63,941 nt of DNA from Akkermansia muciniphila (GTDB lineage: Bacteria > Verrucomicrobiota > Verrucomicrobiia > Methylacidiphilales > CAMAQI01): contig CAMCYL010000005.1 in the NCBI GenBank assembly GCA_945883905.1, forward strand, positions 1 to 63,941. Direction: 5' to 3'. Under the pieces are notes generated by a model. It made no database searches, was not told where the DNA came from, and was given only the letters and a program-made list of their open reading frames with translations. Of this stretch, positions 17,401-24,356 are shown in pieces (position 1 is the stretch's first letter; each line of letters opens with the position of its first letter). The position numbers were made by a program, and so were the translations under genes.

Positions 17401-17932
17401 GTCGAAGCTGGAACATCTTTTTGAGCTTGTTCCAGAGATGGTAGAGGAAGGTCGAAGGATTTTGATTTTCTCTCAATTCACGACGATGCTGCAATTGATT
17501 GAAAATCGATTGATCGATGAAAAGATTCCATACCTAAAACTCACTGGAGAGACAGAAAACAGAGGGGAGCTCGTTAAAAAATTTCAGACAGGTAAGATTC
17601 CTGTTTTTCTCTTGAGCTTAAAGGCGGGAGGGAGTGGACTTAATCTGACGGCAGCGGATACCGTGATCCATTATGATCCGTGGTGGAATCCTGCTGTGGA
17701 AAATCAGGCGACCGATCGCGCCCATCGCATCGGTCAGGAGAAACCGGTTTTCATCCACAAGTTGATCACCGAAGGAACTGTTGAAGAGAAGATTTTAAAG
17801 CTTCAGGAAAAGAAACGGGCGTTGGCGGGAGGTATTTTGGAAGGGAAGGGATTGGAAAAAGAACAGTTCACCGAGAATGACCTCGATTTCCTTTTGGCCC
17901 CGATCGCGGAGATCGTGAAGAGGGGGAATTAA
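14486..17932 (+). CDS. SWIM zinc-finger / SNF2-family helicase (SWIM + SNF2-associated region + SNF2_N + Helicase_C)
   Basis: SWIM motif CSCPVGYFCKHGVATIL near residue 80. LRPYQQEGIGWL...ILADDMGLGKTIQ (motifs I/Ia), LDEAQTIKN (motif II), and LKAGGSGLNLTAADTVIHYDPWWNPAVENQATDRAHRIGQ (motifs V/VI). An acidic DPDPDPDP...EDDWEEDLEEESDEE linker is present. The ATG at 14486 follows a GGAAGG RBS. Confidence 0.92.
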   Translation: MNESLPPQVESLLDHYSRETRARGEAYFKAGRVGISSTSKWDRSIQIKGGVRGSRSQPYDLSIVISLTSKEASVASSSCSCPVGYFCKHGVATILQANSENPALFSTVVSSIAPKSNISSAKKIQETPINKSFTTPTQQEISPALRKWLEEEEKEQEFISTVHEEKHLFLELDIKKNQNFSVPTYHLYSAISIEPSFKIHTRWQKIGPYDIATLAQLKDPETVQLFQKLIVARTLQNNVENFNRGLVDIHEILVIAANLGRLLPPNQKNKLVRVGEPKTAKAVWITDSLGNLTPGFEFEMKQLQFLHLPRPFYWNRETLEIGAVDCGMNPIELQKWLSAPEIKLQEVSKVAEKMVEKHSTLPPPKEVKLVVVENPIKEAFLYLRPSKRYDLPEGIAEVIYHYDSERVSPQMPGTWIHKSTPEGIIRITRDLAWEKIKLQELKNAQLFDLSETVGKGAKALILGPDPDPDPYGIMDEDEGWEDDWEEDLEEESDEEFWRNFLEKGLPKLQKLGWIVQIDSQFPYRKIEIESWYSDLSTEGKGGEWFSLDLGIQVEGEKIPLIPILMRWLRSFDNASEAKDYLKNRMEETISMELEDGRKILLPTERVRTMCHLFVEIFDQESSGRMLRLNKFSAAMAFDSLGDWDLPWKPLKSLEVIRDSIRGALKPKGVGKISGLKAELRPYQQEGIGWLKSLSTGSLGGILADDMGLGKTIQTLAWICGVMKEKKGPALVVAPKSLMANWMAEAERFAPHLKVHLSHGKERTKSEGTLKKADLVLTTYALLLQDDELLQKIEFHAIFLDEAQTIKNSKSKYFEKACALKGKNRFCLTGTPLENHLGELWSLFQFTNPGYLGSEKQFKTLFRNPIEKESDNFCLESLKRRIQPFMLRRTKDLVAKELPAKTEQIQRVTLESEQRDLYETLRVMMDKRIRDEIRKKGFARSQITILDALLKLRQCCCDPRLLKVDAARKVKSSSKLEHLFELVPEMVEEGRRILIFSQFTTMLQLIENRLIDEKIPYLKLTGETENRGELVKKFQTGKIPVFLLSLKAGGSGLNLTAADTVIHYDPWWNPAVENQATDRAHRIGQEKPVFIHKLITEGTVEEKILKLQEKKRALAGGILEGKGLEKEQFTENDLDFLLAPIAEIVKRGN

Positions 17933-18130
17933 CCGCCAAAAGGCTCGGGAACCTAGACTCTAAACTCCGATGGAATTGCTGATAGTTTTAGCACAAGGGT
18001 AAAGGGGTGTAACGAAAGGCAAACGGCACCAAAAAAAGAGGGGAATTGAACCACTAATTTTCACTGATAAATCTAAAATCCGGGTCAATTTTTTAGATTA
18101 GCGGCGATTAGTGAAGAGGAGAGGTTAACC
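17929..18130. repeat. REP/MITE-like element (TTAACCGCCAA ... ACCACTAATTTTCACTGAT ... ATTAGCGGCGATTAGTGAAG ... GGTTAACC)
   Basis: Same family as 2016-2193. It starts inside the SNF2 stop codon region. Confidence 0.7.
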
Positions 18131-18600
18131 TGTTTTCAATCCCAATTGCCGGGCCTCTTTTCGTTGCCTCTCTCTGTCGCCGCTGGAGATATGTTTCCTC
18201 TTGTCGTGAACGCCTGTGACTTCCACTTCAAGGGAATGAAAAGAGTGATGACTTTTACGGAAGTGGTGAGAGTGTTCGAGGAGAATAGATGGAGAAAAGT
18301 GCAAAATGTATGTCAGCTTCTTTATCGAATCACTTTTTGTGAGAATTTATTTCAAGATTTTGAGTTGCCGAACTGGTATCTTTCCACTCACCCGAATTCC
18401 CATTTTCGAGAGAGATTTTAAATAAGGAAATCAGTCCCGAAATTCTTCGTAAGTCCATCCACTTAAAGAAAAAACTGTCTTTGATTATGTTCCATTGACG
18501 CTGATGCGAAATACTTTGGGATGAGCCGTTGTGTCCCTTTACAAAGTTTTGTTTTTGTTGAATCCCTGCCACCCTATTCCAAACAAGTTCGATTCCATCT

Positions 18601-19513
18601 CTAGGTTCCGCAAAAAGTCTGATACCGGGATTGATCCTCAGAGGAGTGCCGACTGAACTCGCTCCCCTCCCATCGCTCCTCATAAGGAGTGGTCACCGCC
18701 TCTAATAGAAGGTGAAAGGCCCGGAGGTCATTCTTTTCGGAGGCCTCTTGTAATGAATTTTCGACGAGATGATTGCGGGGGATTACGACAGGATTGTGTA
18801 AGCGCATTCTCTCCAAGGAGTCAGTTTGCGATGAAGATTGACGACTCAAACGAGCCTCCCACATCTGTTTCCAAAGGAGGAAATCGGATTGCTGAAAGGT
18901 CGGATGATTTTGAGTTTCAGGACGGGAAAGGAATCGAAAGCTCTCGGTGTAATCAAGTTGCTGTTCATGCATCAAGCGAAGCAACTCCTGAAAGAGTGGT
19001 TGCTCGCTCGATTCTTTCGCCCGTGCGGATAACCGCTAAACTGCGCGTGGTGGGAATCCCCAAAGCCTTCATCGCTTCACTCATCAGATACTCACGAAGC
19101 ATCGGACCGAGAGCGGCCTTTCCATCTCCTCGTCGGGAATAAGGGGTGCGGCCCGCGCCTTTGAGTTGAATATCCCAGCGTTTTGCGTTCTGGGCTACAT
19201 GTTCCCCCAATAGAATTGCACGGCCATCTCCGAGCATGTTGAATCCCCAAAATTGATGGCCCGCATAGGCCTGAGCGATCGGCTCTGCGCCGTGAGGAAT
19301 TTTATTTCCGGAAAATAAAAGAGCGATTTTTTCGGTGGCGGTTTGTTCGAAATGTAATCCCATCTCTTCTGCGAGAGCGGGATTAAAGATCACCAATTCA
19401 GGAGCCGGAACCTTCTGCGGAGTCGCCGGAGAAAAGGCCTCCGAGGGGAGAGCACGATAACTATTGTCAAAATTCCATCCGATGGAGGAGGCGAAAGAAT
19501 CAGATAGAGCCAT
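18601..19513 (-). pseudogene. selO: selO (YdiU, protein adenylyltransferase) pseudogene with an internal deletion and frameshift
   Basis: ORF 18965-19513 encodes the SelO N-terminal third (GHQFWGFNMLGDGRAILLGE, DIQLKGAGRTPYSRRGDGKAALGPMLREYLMSEAMKALGIPTTRSL). ORF 18601-18984, in another frame, encodes only the C-terminal ~125 aa (DYTESFRFL...YQTFCGT). The catalytic middle (HGVMNTDN region) is absent. Confidence 0.8.
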
Positions 19514-19589
19514 GAACTACCCTTGTAGAGAAGAGGCATATTGTCAACTGATTCCTCTTTGATCGGGAAATCACATAAAGTAAGATGAA

Positions 19590-19987
19590 AAGGAGGGACT
19601 CGCCTCTTCCACCATCTCAGGACTTCAACTGGATCAGGAGTTTAAAACGCAAATGGAAGGGTTAAAAATAAAAATTTGATCACCTTTCATGAGGGATTCG
19701 TTTATTTTGCCCAACGGTATCCGTTTTAATATATCGGCTGCATCGAAGACTTTCCTTCCAAAGGCCCCAGCTCTCAAATTCACAAGGCAACGGTGGATCT
19801 GATTCGCAAGCATGAAGTGTGGACGGTCTTTGTTGAGGAGGGCTATTCACAGCGATCCCTGCAGTCGATTGCATGCGAGTCGGGGGCGAAAATTGAGACG
19901 TTGGATACGCTTGAGGTCGGAGAGTCAGAGGCAGGGGCCTATCTGAAACGGATGCGCCATAATTTGGAAATTCTTCAAAATGAGTGA
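19590..19987 (+). pseudogene. Remnant of a ZnuA/TroA-type metal ABC substrate-binding protein gene, 5'-truncated with a frameshift and an in-frame stop
   Basis: The fragments LQLDQEFKTQMEGLK, ITFHEGFVYFAQRY (followed by a stop) and DLIRKHEVWTVFVEEGYSQRSLQSIACESGAKIETLDTLE...YLKRMRHNLEIL correspond to the C-terminal ~130 aa of ZnuA-like proteins but lie in different frames. Confidence 0.65.
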
Positions 19988-20263
19988 AAATAAAAGAGAG
20001 CTCTAAGGAAAACCATTTTTAACCATGAACGGACAGGAATTTAAATGTATTCAAAATAGGGAAAACTTACAGCCCTTCACCCCCTTGCTCACCCCTGTTT
20101 TGAATTACGTTATCACGCAGGGACGCGGCGATGCATCTTATGAATTCCCTTGTCGAGTGAGCCTTTGACTCCCACATGGAGAAGATGGAAGCAACGATTA
20201 AAGGAAGAGAAGGGATCAGGGGCAACAAATTGACAATAGGGTCAATTTGTGCAAAATTGAACA

Positions 20264-20521
20264 ATGAGCCGGTTGAGTATCGAAATCGATCAAGAGCAGC
20301 ATCGCCAGATCAAAACGCTGGCCACATTTGAAGGGTTATCGATTAAAGATTATATCCTCATGAAAACTCTTTCGCCAAAATCGGCTTCTCAAGAAACGAC
20401 GCAAGCATTGTTAAAATCTCCTAAAAATGCAAAACGGCTCCGGGCAGCTATTAAGACTCCTTCTTCAAAGCATTACCTCTTTAAGACTTTAAAAGAACTC
20501 GAAGATGCGCTTGGAATTTAA
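20264..20521 (+). CDS. Antitoxin of a YoeB-type module (RHH-like N-terminus, YefM-like C-terminal tail)
   Basis: MSRLSIEIDQEQHRQIKTLATFEGLSIKDYIL. Overlaps the downstream YoeB-like gene by 17 nt. Confidence 0.7.
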   Translation: MSRLSIEIDQEQHRQIKTLATFEGLSIKDYILMKTLSPKSASQETTQALLKSPKNAKRLRAAIKTPSSKHYLFKTLKELEDALGI

Positions 20522-20762
20522 GCCACAGGCTTTTCAAGATTTACAATTTTGGGTTCAAAATCAGCCTAAGGTCGCTAAAAAGATCCTTCGGATGATTCAG
20601 GAGACCCAGCGAGATCCTTTTGGTGGAATTGGAAAACCGGAGCCTCTGAAAAATGAATTATCCGGCTGGTGGTCAAAACGGATCGATGGAGAACATCGTC
20701 TTATTTATAAGATTGAAGAGTATACATTGATCATTGCCCAAGCAAGAGGGCATTATGACTAA
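20505..20762 (+). CDS. yoeB: Txe/YoeB-family toxin
   Basis: AFQDLQFWVQNQPKVAKKILRMIQETQRDPFGGIGKPEPLKNELSGWWSKRIDGEHRLIYKI...GHY is the YoeB signature. Confidence 0.9.
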   Translation: MRLEFKPQAFQDLQFWVQNQPKVAKKILRMIQETQRDPFGGIGKPEPLKNELSGWWSKRIDGEHRLIYKIEEYTLIIAQARGHYD

Positions 20763-20783
20763 CAATCTGTAGGGGGTTAAGGA

Positions 20784-21134
20784 ATGACCGAGAAACTACA
20801 CTTGCTGTTTATTTGCGGAAAAAATCAATGGAGAAGTCCAACGGCAGCGCGAATCTATGCTAATGATCCACGGATTCAGGTGAGATCGGCAGGAGTAAGC
20901 CTGAAGAGCGTACGTTCGGTGACCTTAAAAGATATTGAGTGGGCTGATTTAATTTTGGTGATGGAGAAAAAACATCGCAGTCGTTTACAGGAGCTTTTTC
21001 CCGAGGGGGAGTTTCCTGTGATCAAATCTTTAGAGATCCCTGATGACTATCCCTTCATGGATCCGGAGTTAATTGAATTATTAAGAGAAGGGGTCGAGAG
21101 TATTTTAAAGGAAGAGGGCCACGGAGAAGATTAA
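20784..21134 (+). CDS. Low-molecular-weight phosphotyrosine phosphatase-like protein
   Basis: The LLFICGKNQWRSPTAA motif has the CX5R(S/T) P-loop of LMW-PTP/ArsC-like enzymes. 116 aa. Confidence 0.65.
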   Translation: MTEKLHLLFICGKNQWRSPTAARIYANDPRIQVRSAGVSLKSVRSVTLKDIEWADLILVMEKKHRSRLQELFPEGEFPVIKSLEIPDDYPFMDPELIELLREGVESILKEEGHGED

Positions 21135-21408
21135 TAATATCAATGGAAAGAAGCTCTTTTCAAGGGGATTTTTTTAGCAATGCTTGCCTTTAAGAAATTT
21201 ATACTTGTGGGGCTCATTGCGGCAGGGGGTTGGATTAAAAATTATTCAGTAAAAAGAGCTGATTTTGAGGGACTCATCGTTGATGGGTGATGGAAGATTA
21301 TTCTTCTAATCCTTTCCAACAGATGAAGCCGCCACAAAATCCCTCTCCCTTGACGACTTCTCTCCTCTCTCCCATTTTAGAAAGAGGCAAGTCCTTGAAA
21401 AAAATGAA

Positions 21409-21432
21409 AAGTGATGGTATAAGTGATGGTAT
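21409..21432 (+). promoter_or_regulatory. Tandem 12-bp direct repeat (AAGTGATGGTAT x2) overlapping the vapB start codon; possible operator
   Basis: Two perfect repeat units at 21409-21420 and 21421-21432. The ATG at 21431 lies in the second unit. Confidence 0.3.
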
Positions 21433-21700
21433 GGCTAAGATGACCCATCGGACAACGTTTGCATTGGATGAAATAACTGCGGTACGGCTTAAACGATTGG
21501 CAAAGAAGTGGCAGGTCTCGCAGGCTGAGGTTGTCCGACGTTCTGTAGAGGAATCAGAAAAAGCGATTCGAAATAATAAACCTGATCCGATCTTTTTACT
21601 TGAAAAACTTCATCAGGAGGGGGGGGGACTTGACTCAAATCAAGCAGAGCGATTTTTAAAACTGGTTCGAGAAGACCGAAAAAGTTGGCGGAAGGAATGA
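21431..21700 (+). CDS. vapB: RHH antitoxin (VapB-like)
   Basis: MAKMTHRTTFALDEITAVRLKRLAKKWQVSQAEVVRRSVEE. The start is taken at an internal Met of track ORF 21287-21700. The stop overlaps the PIN start (ATGA at 21697). Confidence 0.75.
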   Translation: MAKMTHRTTFALDEITAVRLKRLAKKWQVSQAEVVRRSVEESEKAIRNNKPDPIFLLEKLHQEGGGLDSNQAERFLKLVREDRKSWRKE

Positions 21701-22068
21701 TCTGTCTCGATACTAATTACTTGATTCGCGGAGTTGTTCTAGGAACTCCTGAATCGGCTAAACTCATCAGATGGTATAAATCAGGAGAAAAGTTGATTGT
21801 GCCGATGTTAGTATGGTTTGAGCTTCTTTGTGGGCCCGTGACGGAAAATCAAGTCCTCATCCTTCGTTCTTTTATAACAGAAATTGTCCCCTTTGGAGAA
21901 AAGCAAGCGGTTGAATCAGCACATCTTTTCAATGCGATTCAAAGAAAACGGCAGCACCGAATAGATGTGATGATTGCTGGAACGGCAATCATTGCGGATG
22001 CAAAGTTAGCCACGAACAATCGAAAAGATTTCGAGCCCTTTATTCAATTTGGACTCAAAATAGTTTGA
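21697..22068 (+). CDS. vapC: PIN-domain toxin (VapC family)
   Basis: MICLDTNYLIRGV, DVMIAGTAIIADAKLATNNRKDF. Confidence 0.85.
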   Translation: MICLDTNYLIRGVVLGTPESAKLIRWYKSGEKLIVPMLVWFELLCGPVTENQVLILRSFITEIVPFGEKQAVESAHLFNAIQRKRQHRIDVMIAGTAIIADAKLATNNRKDFEPFIQFGLKIV

Positions 22069-22189
22069 AAATTAGGGGCTTTCGTACTTTCTGTTTTCAA
22101 ATTATTATTTTCCTTATTCAAATTCGCATTTGCTATTATTCTGATTGTCCTGAAAGAGTGGACCGCTATTTTAAAGCCTCTTAGAATTT

Positions 22190-23713
22190 ATGAAAAACAC
22201 CTTCTTTTTGACAACGGCGATCGATTACGCCAACGGGCGACCACACTTCGGACATGCCTATGAAAAGTGTCTTGCGGATATGATTGCCCGCTACCAACGA
22301 AGTTTAGGGAAAGAGGTCTTTTTTCTGACTGGAACGGATGAGCATGGTCAGAAGGTTCAGCAGTCAGCACAAAAAAATAATCAAGAGCCGCAACAGTATG
22401 TGGATGAGGTGACGGCGGGATTTGTCGATCTTTGCCAGAAGTTGCAGATCACGGAATCGAAATTTGTCCGGACGACCGATCCGGTGCATAAGAAATTTGT
22501 TCAAGAGGCATTGCAAGCGCTTTATAACAAGGGAGAGATTTATCTTCAAGAGCACGAGGGGTTTTATAGCGTGCGTCAGGAGCAGTTTGTGACGGAGAAG
22601 GATCAAGTCGATGGGCAATGGCCTGAGATTTTCGGGGAGGTAGTGCGGATGAAGGAGCCGAACTATTTCTTTAAATTATCTCAATATCAAGAATGGTTGA
22701 AGGAGGAGCTGCAAAAAAATCCAAATTGGATCTATCCGGCTTTTCGACGTAATGAAATTATTGGGGCTTTAGAAAAACCGTTAGAGGATCTTTGTATCTC
22801 ACGCCCGAAAGCGCGTTTAACGTGGGGAATCGAACTTCCATTTGATTCGAATTTTGTGACCTATGTTTGGTTTGATGCTTTGATTAATTACGTCTCCTTT
22901 GCAAATTTTGGGACGGCGGAGAATCGATGGCCGGCCGATCTTCATATCATTGGAAAAGATATTTTAATTCCGGCTCATGGGGTCTATTGGCCGATTATGC
23001 TGAAGGCGTTAGGGTGGCCGCTCCCGAAGAAGTATTTAGTTCATGGGTGGTGGTTGAATCGTGGAGCAAAGATGAGTAAATCGACTGGGAACTCGGTCGA
23101 CCCGCTGCCGTATATCGAGAAATTTGGAAGTGATACCTTTCGTTATTTTGTGAATCGAGAGATGAGCGTGGGGCAGGATTCCGATTTCACCGATGAGAAA
23201 TTAATTCAACGCTATAAAAGCGATCTGATGAATGATCTCGGAAATTTAGTAAATCGATCGATCTCCATGGTGCATCGATATCGTCAGGGAGTTGTTCCCG
23301 ACTATCAGGAGTCGGAGGTTACGGAAGTGGATGCGGCTTTACGTTCCAATCAAGTGGTGGAGGAGTATCAGAAATCGATGGAGGAGTATCAAGTCCATAT
23401 GGGGTTACAGCAGGTGTGGAGTTTAATTCAAAGTGCGAATCAATATGTAGAAGTGAACGCTCCGTGGAAGTTGGCAAAAGATCCTGTGAACGATCCGCGA
23501 TTGAATCTTGTGTTGGCGCATCTCGTGGAGAGCTGTCGTCGACTCAGTATTCTTGTCGAGGCAGTGGTTCCTCAGAGTGCTGCTAAAATTCGGACGATGT
23601 TGAAACTTCCTTCTGAGCCGATGCTTTTGAAGGAGGCCTATTTTGGGAAGTCACTCACCGGTCAGACCCTTGGCCTGGCTGAGATCTTATTTCCACGAAT
23701 CGAAGATATTTAA
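22190..23713 (+). CDS. metG: Methionyl-tRNA synthetase (short form)
   Basis: AIDYANGRPHFGHAYE (HIGH-type motif), KMSKS at GAKMSKSTGN, and an anticodon-binding region with NAPWKLAKD. Confidence 0.95.
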   Translation: MKNTFFLTTAIDYANGRPHFGHAYEKCLADMIARYQRSLGKEVFFLTGTDEHGQKVQQSAQKNNQEPQQYVDEVTAGFVDLCQKLQITESKFVRTTDPVHKKFVQEALQALYNKGEIYLQEHEGFYSVRQEQFVTEKDQVDGQWPEIFGEVVRMKEPNYFFKLSQYQEWLKEELQKNPNWIYPAFRRNEIIGALEKPLEDLCISRPKARLTWGIELPFDSNFVTYVWFDALINYVSFANFGTAENRWPADLHIIGKDILIPAHGVYWPIMLKALGWPLPKKYLVHGWWLNRGAKMSKSTGNSVDPLPYIEKFGSDTFRYFVNREMSVGQDSDFTDEKLIQRYKSDLMNDLGNLVNRSISMVHRYRQGVVPDYQESEVTEVDAALRSNQVVEEYQKSMEEYQVHMGLQQVWSLIQSANQYVEVNAPWKLAKDPVNDPRLNLVLAHLVESCRRLSILVEAVVPQSAAKIRTMLKLPSEPMLLKEAYFGKSLTGQTLGLAEILFPRIEDI

Positions 23714-23744
23714 TCCAGATTTGTTATTGAGGAATGAGGGAGTT

Positions 23745-24317
23745 TTATTTAAGGAGTTCTTTGAGGGGATGAGGGCCGGGGCGGTTGATCCAATGAAAGC
23801 GGCGAGGATCGAGTTTTGCATCTTCAAGAATTTTCTTCTTTTCAGCGGAATCTAGTTTGCCATTTCCGTTGGCATCATATTCTTTGATGAACTCGCGTTT
23901 TATCTCCTCATCGCGAGCCTTTTGAAGCTTCTCCATTTCCGGATCACTCAGTTTTCCATCGCCGTTTTTATCGAATTTTTTAAGGAGCTCCTCTTTTTGC
24001 ATTTCATGCATCGATTCACGAGCTTGATGCATCTCTTCTCGATTGAGTTTTCCATCTTTATCAGCATCAAATTTCTCGATCATTTCTGGGGGAATTGGAG
24101 ACCCGTGGGGTTCTTGACGGTCTCTGGGACCCTCTTCTCCAGGAGCATCAGGACGATCCTCTTTGAAATCCCTTTTCTTATGGGGTCGCGGAGGATGATC
24201 AGAAGGGGGGGACGTTTCCGTAGAACTTTGAGGAGCACTTTCTTGCGCTTGTGCGGGTGTGGAGAGAATTAAACCAGCAAGACAGAGACCTAGGAGGATG
24301 AATCGTGGGGATGGCAT
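23745..24317 (-). CDS. Secreted EF-hand calcium-binding protein
   Basis: Signal peptide LLGLCLAGLILSTPAQA. Three canonical EF loops: DADKDGKLNREE, DKNGDGKLSDPE and DANGNGKLDSAE. Confidence 0.85.
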   Translation of the reverse strand: MPSPRFILLGLCLAGLILSTPAQAQESAPQSSTETSPPSDHPPRPHKKRDFKEDRPDAPGEEGPRDRQEPHGSPIPPEMIEKFDADKDGKLNREEMHQARESMHEMQKEELLKKFDKNGDGKLSDPEMEKLQKARDEEIKREFIKEYDANGNGKLDSAEKKKILEDAKLDPRRFHWINRPGPHPLKELLK

Positions 24318-24356
24318 TCAATTATTAAAGACGATTAGAGAGGAAAAGTCGCTTTT

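Noticed and set aside
14486-17932. Calling the SNF2 helicase a Zorya ZorD or DISARM DrmD component
   Set aside because: None of the obligatory partners is present. These would be the ZorA/ZorB MotAB-like genes, DrmA/DrmB(DUF1998)/DrmC and a methylase.
18146-18683. ORFs 18146-18421 (+) and 18330-18683 (-) between the REP element and the selO remnant
   Set aside because: They mutually overlap and have no motifs. They are located in a decaying segment, so there is insufficient support to annotate either.
21287-21430. Long N-terminal extension (48 codons) of the vapB ORF
   Set aside because: The RHH domain begins right after the internal Met at 21431. The extension is Pro/Ser-rich and contains the 12-bp tandem repeat. 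The coding status of the extension remains unverified.
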